This document shows positions 23,325-37,928 of a stretch of 64,000 nucleotides of DNA, piece after piece; position 1 is the first letter of the stretch; each line of letters starts with the position of its first letter. The notes below the pieces were generated by a model. The model did not search any database. It was not told the DNA's origin and worked only from the letters and a program-made list of their open reading frames with translations. Both the position numbers and the translations under genes were made by a program. This DNA comes from Eledone cirrhosa (Eukaryota): contig OZ024741.1 of NCBI GenBank assembly GCA_964016885.1, positions 225,060,001 through 225,124,000 on the forward strand, written 5' to 3'.

Positions 23325-26300
23325 TCTATATACTACTAAAACTCTGATCTTGCGTGCTTGCTTGTCTGTTATGTAATACAGCCAAAAGGGCGCATTATGG
23401 GTAAATACTTTGAAAGCAACTTGCCTCTGAAATGGGAATACAAATTGAATAAAACAAGTTTCGCGAAAATCTAAACCCGGGTTCCCGAGATTCGCGGGTT
23501 TGGGGGTAGCTTCGTAAATAGCCACAACGGTGCATACTGCGAAAATACCTCGAAATTAACATAACCCTGCAAAATTTCGTAAATAGCCAAAACATTGCAT
23601 AATGAGAAAATACTCTGAATAAAACAAGTTTGGCGTAAATCGCACGTGGATAGCAAGGAATTCATCTAAATTCACTTTATCTTATTTTATAATGAATATC
23701 GAAAGAAATAATCCATTTGTTTTTTAGTTGTCCAGAGGGGGTGAGAGAGAGAAAGAGAGAGTGAGGGTGAGAGAGAGACACAGAGAGTGAGGGGATGAGA
23801 GAGAAAGAGAGAGTGAGGGTGAGAGAGAGAAAGAGAGAGTGAGGGTGAGCGAGAGACACAGAGAGTGAGGGGATGAGAGAGAAAGAGAGAGTGAGGGTGA
23901 GAGAGAGAAAGAGAGAGTGAGGGTGAGCGAGAGACACAGAGAGTGAGGGTGAGAGAGAAAAAGAGAGAGTGAGGGGATGAGAGAGAGAGAGGGGGGATGA
24001 CAGATAGGGAAAGAGTCAACGTCCTTAACTTTTATTTATTTTAACTCATAACGTTATTTCTTTCTCTCTCTTTCACAGTTATACTGCCACCGTGTGTATC
24101 TGTATGTGTATGTGTGCCAGTGCATGTGTTTACGTACTTAGAGACATGTGTGTGTGTGTATGTGTGTGTAACAGTACTTAAGTTTGCGACATATATATAT
24201 ATATATATATAAATATAATGCTCGGACCTACTCGTTAGAATCTTAGAGCTTATTTTCCGGGTGATATGGCGCATGTCTTTCTGGCATGACACACATAATT
24301 TTGATTTAGATTAAATTCATTTAATTTATCTTAATTTTGGATATAGATATATATATAAATATATATGTATATGTGTGTGTGTGTGTGTGTGTAGGATACC
24401 TTCGTAAATAGCCAAAACGGTGTATAATGGAAAAATAGCCCTGTAAGTGACATAACCCTGAAATAGAGATAAAACAAATTTGACGTAAATTGACATAAAC
24501 TATTTTCATCATTCGAGAAATATTTTTAATAATTATTAAAACAAGATTTTTCAGTGATTTCTCAGTGAATATGATTTCAAAACTACAAGTTGTTTGTACT
24601 TCAAGTATTTGAGCTTTCTTTAAACAGACGATAGTTTAATTATCAGAAAAGCATTAAGTGAATATCACTGAAAAATACCAGTTGGTGTTAAACAGTAGGT
24701 GTTTATATTTTTGCTTTAGTTAAAAAGAATATTTCAATTATTTAGAAATATTTTAAAGTGAATTTGATTTCACAAATAGCTTTTTTTAAAAATTATTTTC
24801 GAGTGAATACAATGGAAAATATATTTCTTGGCATATTTAAAAATTATTCTTAAGTGAAAATGACTTAAAACATACAAATTATTTGTACACTGAGTATATA
24901 TATTTCAGCTTTCTTTAAACAGAATATTTGTTGCCTTGGTACTTGGATTTCCAATTCATGAGAGAGAACCGGCCGTAGTTCGCCTTCAAGTTCATCTACC
25001 TGAGGAAAATCAAATCTTCTTTCGGGTCAATGCTGCTGTTAAAGTAAACAATAACATGGCTAAGACGACTGACTGAGTTCATGGATCTTTGCGATCGCGA
25101 TCCGTTTGCAAAAACATTGTATTATGCCGATGTGCCAAAGTTTTACACTTGGAGTAATAAGAGATGGGAAAGGAGAAAGGTGAGGAAAAGAGTTGAGCAG
25201 TATCCAGAGATTTTTGAGGCAAACGTTTTGGGACGAGTATACACTGTTTCTCCACGAAGTGGTGACCTTTATTATTTAAGACTCCTTCTGCATCACGTCA
25301 AAGAGCCAGTATCCTTCAACTCTATGAAAATGTGTGATGGAGAACTCCTGACATTATTCAAAGACGTCTGCAGAGAGAAAGGTTTGCTTCAATCGGATGA
25401 TCATTGGCAGCAGACTCTGGAAGATGCTGAGCGAACAAGGCTTCCGAAAGCCATGAGAGATCTATTCATCGTGCTCCTCACAAATACGGAAATTGACAAT
25501 TCCAGTGCTTTATGGGTTCGATTTAAGCATTCGCTGTCTGACGATTACCTTCAAATAGAAAAAAGGGCTACCAGAAACTCTAACCTTTTGATTGGCGAGA
25601 GACATTATGATCAATGTCTTCTGTATTTTGAAGACAAACGTATCGACCTGGGCTAAAGTCTTAGTGACTTTAACTTGCCAAGGCCAAATAATATTGTTGC
25701 TAATCAGGATATTGGCAATTTAGAGTTATTGCATGAATTGCAATACAGCAGAGAAGAGAGGCGACGATTTGTAGAAGAGACGGAGTCTCTATTGAATAGT
25801 GAACAAAAACACGTGTATGACTTCGTTTGTAACAGTTTAGAGATGAACACATCTGCATTGATTTTCATTGACGCTCCAAGTGGAACAGGAAAGACATTCC
25901 TGATTAACTTAATTCTTTCAAAAGTCAGGGGCGACGTGGCTATTGCTGTTGCGTCATCTGGCGTTGCCTGGTGGAAGAACAGCGCATTCTAGGTTCAAAA
26001 TACCGATAGTAGTGAAAGAAAATGATCTGTGCAGCATTGATAAAAACTCAAAGCCGGCAAACCTCTTCCAGCATACAAGGCTGATTGTTTGGGATGAGTG
26101 TCCTATGATTCGGAGGTAAAGCTTCGAAGCTGTTGACCTCACTTTGCGTGACATATGCGACAACAATGAGGCATTCGGTGGAATTTTGACAATTTGCTGT
26201 GGCAATTTTCGTCAGCTTCTTCCGGTAGTGAAAAGGGGAAATGAAGCGGACGTGGAAAACGCCTGCATTAAAAAATCCTACTTATGGCGAAGTTCAAAAG

Positions 26301-27979
26301 ATTTCAGTTGAAGACAAACATGCGATTGGGTAGGGGAGCAGGAGACTATTCACAGTTCCTATTGGATATTGGAGAAGATAAGATTAAAAAATTGAAAATC
26401 ATCATCATCATCATTATTTTACGCCCGCTTTTCCCTGCTTGCAAGGGTAGGACAAAATGAGGAAATTATTTTGCCAAAAGAAATGAATGGTTCTCCAAGC
26501 AACAACTATGGAAGAATGTATTGATTTCATCTACCCCTCATTCGACAATCCAGCTGAAGTGTTTTCGAACAATTGCATCTTAGTACCTCTCAATGAAATG
26601 AAGCATCAATTCCACCTGTATCAGACGCTTCCCTGGAACCATAAAAGAGTACGGATCCTATAATTCTGTGAGTGATGGTGCCAATGCCACTCATTTCCCG
26701 ACTGAATTCCTTGATTCGGTTGAACTATCAGGACTGCCACCACATAACCTGGAATTGAAAAAGGGATCACCAATAATTCTTATGAGAAACTTGAATCCTC
26801 CAAGGCTTTGTAATGGAATGCGCATGATCGTGGAAGAACTGCACGACAATCTCATAGTAGCAAGAATCAACACTGCTGCTTTCAGAAATGAGATCGTTAT
26901 GATACCTAGAATAAGAATTAATCTATCCGAAGGTGAGGATATCCCTTTACAGAGAAGCCAATTCCCAGTTCAATCGTGCTTTGCTATGACTATTCATAAA
27001 GCAAGAGGACAAACTATGGAAAACGTCTTGGTTTATCTTGAACGACCTGTATTCCAACACGGTCAACTGTATGTAGCCCTGAGCCGCGGAAAACGAAAAG
27101 AAATGTCAGAGTGTATCTGAAGGATACCCAGTCAACTAAGAATGTTGTCATCAAAAGCATTCTTTTGAACAAACTCTAACAGCGTAAATATGAGAAAATG
27201 TTGATTCCGACGTCAGAAAATGAAAGGAAAAGGAAAAACTAAGAGAAGTAAGAATAATTTCTTTCAATTTTTTTGTAAATAAAACCAGCTTTTCATTATC
27301 ATTGCAACTTTTTAAGCAGAAAAATCTTTCAGAAAAAACAGTCAAGCATCCATAGAGATATAGAAAAAAGAATTTTGAAGTGGAGTGATTGGATAGCTAT
27401 TAGTGAAAAATGATTTGATATTTTCTTTGTGAAAATACTTGTGAATAATACAGTGAAAAGACAAGTTTCGCGTAAATCGCACCACGGGTTCCCGAGATAC
27501 GCGGGTTTTTTCGGGTAACTTTATAAGTAGCCAAATCAGCGCATAATGGAAAAATACTTTGAAAGTAAGGTACCATTGAAATGTGAATACAAACGCAGAT
27601 AGTGGTTGTGTGAGAGAGAGAGGGAGAGAGCTGGTGGTGTTGTTGAATGAAATTATAACAGGTGACTTCAAAGAATCGAATACAGCATTACTGTATCTAG
27701 CTGAAATTTGGTGACTGAAGTTATATGTATCTTATAACTTGTGTTAGGACAGGATGTATGTGTGTGTGTGTCTGTAACCAGTGTATATAGGCCACATACA
27801 CCCACACACACAAACATATATATACACACGTATATATACATAGACATATACACGTATATATATATAAATATATATTGGCTTTCCAATGTCATTTTACATT
27901 ATATACATTTTGTGTATATTTTAATTATTTAAAAATTATTTTTAAGTAAACATGACCCAACGGGTCACGGGTGGTCCAG
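23325..27979 (+). mobile_element. Helitron, internally deleted and degraded
   Basis: 5' A|TCTATATACTACTAAAA at 23325; 3' hairpin TGACCC-AAC-GGGTCA (27953-27967) then CCAG|T; related subterminal blocks at ~23380-23660, ~24400-24500 and ~27460-27600. Confidence 0.8.
24940..27170 (+). pseudogene. Helitron Rep-helicase C-terminal half (PIF1-type helicase), frameshifted
   Basis: FPIHEREPAVVRLQVHLP, GRVYTVSPRSGDLYYLRLLLHHV, Walker A DAPSGTGKT, WDECPM, GLPPHNLELKKGSPIILMRNL..LCNG, FAMTIHKARGQT, FQHGQLYVALSRG; several stops and frameshifts; HUH Rep part absent. Confidence 0.93.
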
Positions 27980-28279
27980 TATATATATAAATATGTGTGT
28001 ATATCTCCTTAAAATATTGTTTAAAACTTAAACCAAACTGTGTCTGTGTGTGTGTCCTCCGTCGATTCCGACGATGCATCTTCCATGTTCCAGTTATTCG
28101 AAACGGAACTGCCTGCTCATAACATTAACGTGCAAGTGGCTGAGCATCCCTCAGACTTTAATGTTGTTGCTAAGTTGATTCAGCGAGAAACACTTTGTTT
28201 CAAGTCGGGTCCTTTGACTTACAAGTACAACACATTGGGCCAATGTGAAATAAAATGCAAGCCCCCCCCCCTATATTTA

Positions 28280-28660
28280 TGTGTAGGAAAGCTATGATTA
28301 GAAGGAGAATCCGTCCTTTCGAGGTTCAGCACTCATCTGAAAACAAAAATATATTCAGTTGAGGGGTTTAGGAATAGCACTAGGGCTGCTACTTCTCCGA
28401 ATTGAGGGGGTCACAGTTCCGATACTATGGGCATGTGGTTAGAATGTCTCAGGAAAGAATCACTGGACAGATTTTACGGGTAAAACCAACTGGCATGAGA
28501 CCCAGGGGTAGACCCTGAGCAAGATGGTTGGATAACATTCATGAGCTTGGCTGGTCCCACTTGGGGATCCAGCAGGATCAGTTGGAGATGGTTGCTTCTG
28601 ACAGGACCCGCTGGAAGGAGTTTTTGAGGACTCTTCCGCCACGACCCTCTCAAGAATAAG
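28280..28660 (+). mobile_element. RTE-clade LINE 3' fragment followed by a (GAA)n tail
   Basis: Hand translation QFRYYGHVVRM..RPRGRP*ARWLDNI..DRTRWKEFLRTLPPRP*. Confidence 0.8.
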
Positions 28661-28666
28661 TGGGCG

Positions 28667-28737
28667 AAGAAGTAAAAGAAGAAGAAGACGAAGAAGAAGA
28701 AGAAGAAGAAGAAGCAAAAGAAGAAGAAGAAGAAGAA

Positions 28738-28769
<32 letters not shown>

Positions 28770-28770
28770 C

Positions 28771-28815
<45 letters not shown>

Positions 28816-28918
28816 GAAGAAGAAGAAGAAGTAACAGAAGAAGAAGAAGAAGAAGAAGAAGAAGAAGAAGAAGAAGAAGAAGAAGAAGAGCAACAACAAC
28901 AACAACAACAACAACAAC
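28667..28918. repeat. Compound (GAA)n/(TAA)n/(CAA)n microsatellite
   Basis: Direct inspection. Confidence 0.95.
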
Positions 28919-29004
28919 GTATATCGCTTCGATTAACGAAAGTTATCATATTCTTCATATGAAGTACGTTAGCAATAGAACACAATATAACCCTGTGTTC
29001 AGAG

Positions 29005-29822
29005 AACGTGAGGCCGCCTGTGAGACGTGGGACCGGCTGGGACATAGCGCAGTAGACGTCCCTCCTCCTTCTCGCCATGTTGACGTCAAGTCCCCCCAAA
29101 GCACTTGGGATGCCATCCAGTGCAGCCTGGCCTCAGACAGGCTCACGCGCCAGCTCGACCAGCGCCGCCTTGCCTGTTTTCGTGCGGTCTCCAAACCCCA
29201 CAGTGGTGCCTGGCTCCACGCCCTGCCCTCCTCCACTGGCACGCAGCTAGACAATAATAGCCTGCGCATTGGCATTTCCTTGAGGCTCGGCCTCCGGATC
29301 TGCGAGCCACACCAATGTCGCTGCGGATCCACTGTGGACCCTTTCGGCCTCCACCCACTTTCTTGTCGCCACAGTGCCGGCCGCCTTCCACGCCATGCTG
29401 CCCTCAACGAGGTCATAAAGCATGGCTTGGACGCTGCAGGCTTCCCTTCCCAGCTCGAGCTGGTGGGGCTGGACCGAGGGGACGGCAAAAGGCCAGATGG
29501 CATGACCATCTTCCCGTTCCGCGGTGGTAAACCCCTCGTCTGGGATCCCACTTGCACCGACACTTTCTGCAGCCGCAACCTGGTGCAGTCTGCGATTAAC
29601 CCGGGTTCTGCTGCACGTCGGGCTGAGGAGGCCAAACTCCTCAAATACCGGTCGCTCTCCGACAGGTTTGCGGTTGTACCCCTGGCAGTGGAGACTTCTG
29701 GTGTCCTCGGCCCTAGGGCTACCTCCCTACTCACCACCTTAGGCGCTGAGCTGGCCAGCCGCAGGTGTGAGCGCCGCGAGTTGGAGTGGCTTTTCCAGCG
29801 CGTCTCCCTTGCTATCCTCCAT
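29005..29822 (+). mobile_element. CRE-clade non-LTR retrotransposon fragment (zinc knuckle + restriction-like endonuclease)
   Basis: SGAWLHALP..LRLG..CRCGSTVDPFGLHPLSC..RHAALN..DGKRPDG..LVWDPTC..AEEAKLLKY..PLAVETSGVLG; GC-rich against the flanks. Confidence 0.85.
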
Positions 29823-30447
29823 TGTGACCGCCGAGGCTGTGGCCGAGCCCCATCGCGTATATCATTCCATATTTAGTTGTGGTCGGTGTGTGTGTGTTTG
29901 TATATATCGCTTTTGTTTTCATTCAGCGTCATGTCATTCTTCATTGCTATTCTCTACTAATGAATTATATATGCCAAAAAAAAAAAAAAAATTCTCAAAA
30001 TGTTAAATCTATTTCAATGAAAATATAACAAATAAACGTTAGCAATTGTTTTACGTTTTGCAGAATATTCGTTTCTCTATTTTCTGATTTAGAATCTCAG
30101 ACAAGGTCTGTTCCAACATTTTATATTTCTGGGATTCTAGGTAATGTCTAAAACGGTTCAGTTGACACGATACTGACATTATTCTCCATTTCAACAATTG
30201 GTATGGCTTCTACATTAAAAGAAAATCAATATTTTATTAATATAAACGTTTATTGCTCATTACAGTATATCTCTATTTCAAAACAAACTGAGTATTCTCA
30301 TCTGACTTCAGTCTTTCTCATCCATCAAATGTTTCTTGAAAATAAAATAAAAACCGCTTTATTGACCTCGTTCTGCTAGCTACTACTACCACTACTACTG
30401 CTGCTGCTGCTGCTGCTGCTACTACTTCAACCACCACCACCACCAAC

Positions 30448-30547
<100 letters not shown>

Positions 30548-31069
30548 TTAGTTTCTTTCGGTTTTCTCTCTCGGGGTTTCTATCACATTCTCTCCTTTTC
30601 TTTTCGATAGCCATCCACGTAATAACTATAACACACATATACACACGCTACACATTGTCGCACATTTTATCCTCCCTACAGAGAATTCGAGGATGATCAT
30701 GCTTACGCATCATATATCGTCTGCTATCAATAGCTTGAATACCATGGATCTTTAAATGTATTGTTTTGTATTAATTGTGATTTATTATTTCTTTTCTATG
30801 AATATGTTATTGTCATTGTTTAGCTTCTGATCTGGCCTGATTGATCATCATTTAATCATCAGCCCTGACTGAGACAACCTATGATCTGCCTTCATTGAGC
30901 CATGATCAACACTGATCCAACCAAACAATAATCAACCCTATATCAGCCGGCCTATGGTGAGACCTAATTGAACCGAACTATAATCAACACTGATTCAACT
31001 AACATATGATCAGGCCTGATTGAACCAACCTACGATCAGCCCTCTTTCAAGGAAGTAATATTTCACAAC

Positions 31070-31310
31070 AGGGCATATAATTTCTAACACGACGTTTTCA
31101 GTCAGCATCTTACACAAAACATTTATTACGTAATATATTTCAAATGCAATATATGCTATTGATAAGGAGATAGACTTGTATTCGATGTTGCTCTTTCAAA
31201 CGCCTCTCCCGTTATCAATAGCCTGTATTGTATTTGAAACATATTACATAATACACGTATTACCTAAGATGCCGCCCGAAGAAGTCGTGTTTGAGATTGC
31301 GTGATGCCAG
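31070..31310. mobile_element. Old fold-back/MITE-like imperfect inverted repeat
   Basis: AACACGAC..GCATCTTA..GTAATATATTTCAAATGCAATA..GCTATTGATAA mirrored by TTATCAATAGC..TATTGTATTTGAAACATATTAC..TAAGATGC..GTCGTGTT. Confidence 0.6.
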
Positions 31311-31431
31311 CATTACTTAATAAAAACGCCACAGGAATACGTATACCAGCGAAATACATAATAAAACGGATTATGGAAATCTAGCCTTTGCAATTTCATC
31401 ATTGTTGTTTTATATAAATATGTATACATAA

Positions 31432-31486
<55 letters not shown>

Positions 31487-32186
31487 TATATATATATATA
31501 TATATTAGTAAATTTATTTATATAGGTATGCGATTTACGTGATAAAATGAATTATGGCCTAAAGCATCGGAAGGCTACATATGATCCTAATTACACCATT
31601 GTTTATTGATTGGAATATTGCAACAGCAACACCGGCTAGTCAACATTTTATAGCACACACACATATGTCTGTGTGTGTGTAGGTGTGTGTGTGCATCTGT
31701 GTGTGTGTATATATATATATGTACATATATATATATAACCCTCCCCATCCAAAAGACTATGTGAAAATCATACAAAAGTTACTATTAGAAAAAAATTCTA
31801 TGAAGAAAATCTTGAGTTTGAACGGGGCAGTTATTATTAGTGTATCAAGCAGAGACTGAAACTAATAAATTTCGGGACATATGCAATTGGAAATTTAAAA
31901 TCTAACGGTTGACGTTGGTTTGGTTGACAGCGAGCTAGGAAATTACGAATTGAAACGGAGAAATTTTAAGGTAACGGAAAAGATAAGAAGTATAAACACT
32001 AACAATATAGAAAGGCTTAAGGTTTAAATATCTAGATGGGTCTTGGAATAAATATATAATGGACCAATAATGTGAAGTTGTCAAGAGAAAATTGATATGT
32101 AGTATAGAAATTGAGGAACAAGTTTCAGAAAGAGGAAAAAATAGATTATAATGAATCGAAGTATAACTAAGAGACTAAATTCCTCA

Positions 32187-32263
<77 letters not shown>

Positions 32264-32449
32264 GCATACATACATATATATATAGAAACACATACACACA
32301 CACACACATATATATATTCATTTACACACAAACAAACATACGCATATATAAAAGTATACATTTACACACACACACACACATACACACACCCATATATATA
32401 TACACACACACGCACGCACTCCGCCCTTCACATACCATACATACATACA

Positions 32450-33295
32450 CACATACACACATACACACACGTAAATATATACATTTACACACACACATAC
32501 ACGTATATATATATATACATTTACACCCTACACACACACGCATATACATATATATATACATATATATGTATATATGTATATATATATATGTACATATATA
32601 TACACATAAATATATACATTTACACACACACATACACGTATATATATATATACATTTACACCCTACACACACACGCATATACATATATATATACATATAT
32701 ATGTATATATGTATATATATATATGTACATATATATACACATAAATATATACATTTACACACACACATACACGTATATATATATATACATTTACACCCTA
32801 CACACACACGCATATACATATATATATATACATATATATGTATATATGTATATATATATATATATATGTACATATATATACACATAAATATATACATTTA
32901 CACACACACATACACGTATATATATATATATACATTTACACCCTACACACACACGCATATACATATATATATACATATATATGTATATATATATATATAT
33001 GTACATATATATACACATAAATATATACATTTACACACACACATACACGTATATATATATATACATTTACACCCTACACACACACGCATATACATATATA
33101 TATATACATATATATGTACATATGTATATATATATATATGTACATATATATACACATAAATATATACATTTACACACACACATACACGTATATATATATA
33201 TACATTTACACCCTACACACACACGCATATACATATATATATACATATATATGTACATATGTATATATATATATATATGTACATATATATACACA
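32450..33295. repeat. ~135-bp higher-order repeat of CA/TA microsatellite (about 6 units)
   Basis: CATTTACACCCTACAC recurs at ~32520, 32655, 32790, 32935, 33065 and 33205. Confidence 0.85.
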
Positions 33296-33682
33296 TACAC
33301 ACATACACCCACACCCACACATACCCCCCTCCACATATATATATTACAAAGGTATGAATTAAACATAAAGCTAGTAGAATAAACCAGTTTAAAATGGTAA
33401 AAAAACAACCCCCCCATAATTTAATATAAACCCGATATGAACTAGTAGCAAGGAAGCACATAATTATGAGACAAAAACCAAGAAAAACAAAGCAAAATGA
33501 AAAAAAAAAAATAACACTTTAATAATAGAAATAAAAACCACTATTCTCATAACTTGGTTGAAAGCTGTAATTAAGAGAAAATCTTCCAGCTGCGCCCTCT
33601 CTCTCTTTCCCTTTCTCTTTCTCTTTCAGTCTCTCTCTCTCTACTATGTATGTATATATATATATATAATTATATATATATG

Positions 33683-33769
<87 letters not shown>

Positions 33770-33788
33770 ATATGTGTATATATATATA

Positions 33789-33828
<40 letters not shown>

Positions 33829-33830
33829 TA

Positions 33831-33875
<45 letters not shown>

Positions 33876-34113
33876 TTATATATATATGTGTATATATATT
33901 TATATATATATATATATATATGTATACATATATATATATACACACATACATATATAAACACACACACGCATATACATACATATATACACACACATATATA
34001 TATATATATATGTGACTGTGTATGTATATATATATAAATATATACATACACAGTCACATACATATGCATGTACGTTCGTATGTATACACCCACACCCACA
34101 CCCACCCACACAC

Positions 34114-34214
<101 letters not shown>

Positions 34215-35127
34215 CAGATACAACTATTTTACAATATGACTAACGTAAATAAGAATTGCATCTAAGCCATAAAAGTAAAGCTCATGCTATGATAAACATT
34301 TATACAAGCAAATATACAAAGGAACGTGTTAATAAACGTCTGAAACACAAAAAAAACTCCCACATTACATACTTACATAATATAACTATCAACACGTAGT
34401 CTTCATCATCATCATCACTAACGTTATCACTATCATCATCACTGTTTAACGACTATTTTCCATGCTTGCATGGGTTTGATGTGTTGTCACATTCTGAGGC
34501 TAAATCAACCTGGTGACTATATTTTGTTCGTAAGTTCCATTTCGGGGTTGGTTTCTACGGCTGGATGTCCTTCTTAACGTCAACCATTATAGAGCGTGTA
34601 TGAGAAGCATTTATCATGACCCCGAAAATACCACTTTACAGTGTGGGCTGGTTATAGATATAAACACAAGCGAAATCTTAATCATCTTATGCATAGTAGT
34701 ACGGGGTGTTGTGTGGGACATCCATCAGTTGCAATGATGGGTGTTCCATTTGTTTGACCAACAGAAAAGACTGATCATGAACTTAACGTGAAGTAGTTGA
34801 ACTTTTCACAGACACGTGTACACTTAACGTAATAATGCTTAGGGAGTTTCAGTGTGACAGTGTGTGATAAGGTAGGCCCTTCGAATTATAGATGCAGGTT
34901 AGTTGTTTCATCTGAGTGGACTGGAACAGCGTGAAATTACGTGTCTTGCTCAAGGACAAAATGTGCTGCCGGTAACCGAACTCATTACCTTATATATATA
35001 TATATATTTTACTTCGGCCCTTGAAAAAAATTGATTCCACTTCATTTACTCTCATCTCGGGAACAGTTTTGGTTAGCGCTAGTTCGTAATTTAAATTCAA
35101 GAATTTTATATTCTTCGAATGAAAAGA

Positions 35128-35211
35128 ACCTTCTGACGAGAATCTTTCTTTGCAACGAAGGCCGTATAGTCTCCGTTTATTTTTGAGATTCGAAACCGAT
35201 TCGGTAAAGGT
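35128..35211 (+). ncRNA. Type I hammerhead ribozyme, family G, with a long loop II; module ~35010-35282 in (TA)n
   Basis: ACCTT-CTGACGA-GAATCT..AGATTC-GAAA-CCG-ATT-CGG-TA^AAGGT; internally deleted homologue at 19511-19556 (-). Confidence 0.85.
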
Positions 35212-35279
35212 AACTATAGTAGGTAAAGTCAATTTTTTAAAATTTATTTTGAAACTTTTTCATTATTTGCTAAACCTTG

Positions 35280-35354
<75 letters not shown>

Positions 35355-35752
35355 CGTTTCTGAATTTGTTTAGCAATTGGCAACATGACCCTCCCAAAGT
35401 ATAACAATATATATATATATATATTTATATATTGTTATACTTTGGGAGGGTCAAGCACACGCACCTATACACAAAAACAAGATGGTGTAGGACAAAACAA
35501 AGAAGAGACACACAAAATAAAAAGCTAGTCACTGCGGAGGTCATACAATGTGTGACGAAAGAGCTTTGGCAATACATAGACAACCTTCCGGTTATCGAAC
35601 CAATCAACCAGCCGGAAATTTATAATAAATTTAAGTGAAAACTAATAGATTGGTGTGTTTTTATTGGCAAGATGACCATCCCAAAGTATAACAATATCTG
35701 TTTCAACACACGTTTTCAGTTAAGAAATCACCCATAACAAATTAAAAAAACG

Positions 35753-35887
<135 letters not shown>

Positions 35888-36279
35888 AATATGTGTGTAT
35901 ATCTCCTTAAAATATTGTAGAATTTAAAACTTAAACCATTCATACGTTAACTGAATGAACAATCAATAGTAGTGGGTAGAGTGTAGAAGTGTGTATTCCT
36001 AAGCAGAAAAATAACAGTGACTTTGAAGTTTTAGCTTGGTTGCAACATCTGGTTGCATACTGTAGAGATGCTGCATATTTTATATAAGATTTTGTAGGCC
36101 AGAGTAGTGATAGGAGGAGAATCTACAGGGTGGGCCAGAATTCATGACTGACTTGATTATTTATAGATCTATTAACACAAAATGTTATAAAACAAGTTAA
36201 GGAATATAATATTAAGAAATAAAAATATAAATTAAGAAACCTGCTAAGCATATTAAGAAATAAAATAAAAATTTTAAAT

Positions 36280-37928
36280 TATCACATTTGAGGATGAATT
36301 GTGGACGTGCAAGAACACACATAATAACTTCGACATCACTATGGGGTCTAGTGACTCGGCACAGGTGACAGACCTCGTCGGCTTGTACCTGCTGAAGGAG
36401 CTCAACGAGCAGTTCCCACACCTCAGAGGTGGGCTGTACCGTGACGACGCATTGCTTACTGTGGAGTTTAAACGACACAACCTAGAAAGAAATAGAAAGG
36501 ACCTATATAAATTCTTCAAGAACTTTAACCTATCAATAACTATGGATAGAAATAGTAAGGTAGTCAACTTTCTAGATGCCACACTAGACCTAGATAAGTT
36601 AGAATATACACCGTACCATAAACCTAACGAGAGGCTGACATACGTCAATGCCAACTCCAACCACCCAGGCTCAGTCCTCAAAGCAATAGTTAAGGGAGTA
36701 TCTAGTAGGATTAGCGGACTATCTAGCAACGTGACCGCATTTGAGGCAAATGCGGAGTATTACAATAAGGCGCTAGGAAGGTCAGGGCACAAAGATAAAC
36801 TTCATTATATTGAGACAAACGACACCACCCCACTACCCCAACCCAGCATTATAATCACGCATAATATGTCCATGGGGGATGGAAGGAGGTCTAGAAAGAC
36901 GAATAGGGACAAAAAGAATTTAGCTAAGAACACCAACACTCGCAATGCAGACTCGGATAGGACCCGCAGGCTGGAAAGCGTTACGCCGCCCCAAGCAAGA
37001 CCAACAGTGAAAACGGGAGCCAGAGGTCTAGGAGATTCGAGACCAATACACATACCACCGGGAGCCCAGGACGCACACCTGGTAGAACCCATAATAATCT
37101 ATATGAAGGGAGGGTAAGCAGCATAGGGGATAAGAAACGTAGTGGAAAGAATAGAAGACGTAATAGCACCTTCTTTAACCCGCCCTTCAACTCTAATATT
37201 ATTACAGACCTCCCCAAATCTTTTTTCTCTTTAATAGATAGGAACTCTTCCCCCAGGTAGTAGGTACGGTAATGTCATCAATAAGAATACTATCAAACTA
37301 TCGTACTCGACAACCCCTAATCTGGCCTCCCACCTAGCTAAGACCAATAAGAGTAAGATTAAAGAGGGACTTAAGGCCATCCGAAATAGTGAACCACGCC
37401 AGTACACACGACTGAGTGAAAGACCCAGGGGGATAGCAGGCAATAGACCCGGTCCCACTAGGCAGCCCCGCAGCCGCTTGGAGGGACATACACCCCTGAT
37501 TGAGGAGCATGACCCTATTAGGAAGTGTAATTGCCGACGGAAGGACAAATGCCCACTAGCTGGACACTGCCTTATTAAGAACGTAGTATATGCCTGTAAC
37601 GTAACCACAGACACGTATACTAAGACGTATGTGGGGTCTACCGCTAATCAGTTCAAGACGAGATTCAACGCCCACCGCATAGCTTCCGAAATGAGCGGGA
37701 CACATACATAAATTAAAACAAGCAAAAACCCCCTACACACTAAGCTGGAGATGCCTTACTAAAGCTCCTCCATATAGCTCGTTGAGCAGGTTTTGTAGCC
37801 TGTGCCTAACTGAATCTCATGCCATAGTATTCTCAGGACTTAACTTGCTCAACAGGAGGTCAGAAATCTTCTCGTCCTGCCCCCATACTATACTTAGCTC
37901 TTTCTTTTTCTTCAGACCAGACACATAA
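36280..37928 (+). pseudogene. Penelope-like element ORF (RT C-terminal part, thumb, GIY-YIG endonuclease), 5'-truncated and frameshifted
   Basis: FDITMGSSDSAQVTDLVGLYLL, GLYRDDAL, VNFLDATLDL, YHKPN..YVNANSNHP; by hand RRNSTFFNPPFN, INKNTIKLSYS, CNCRRKDKCPLAGHCL..VVY..YVGST..FKTRFNAH, CSLCLTE..LLNRRSEIFSSCPH. Confidence 0.92.
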
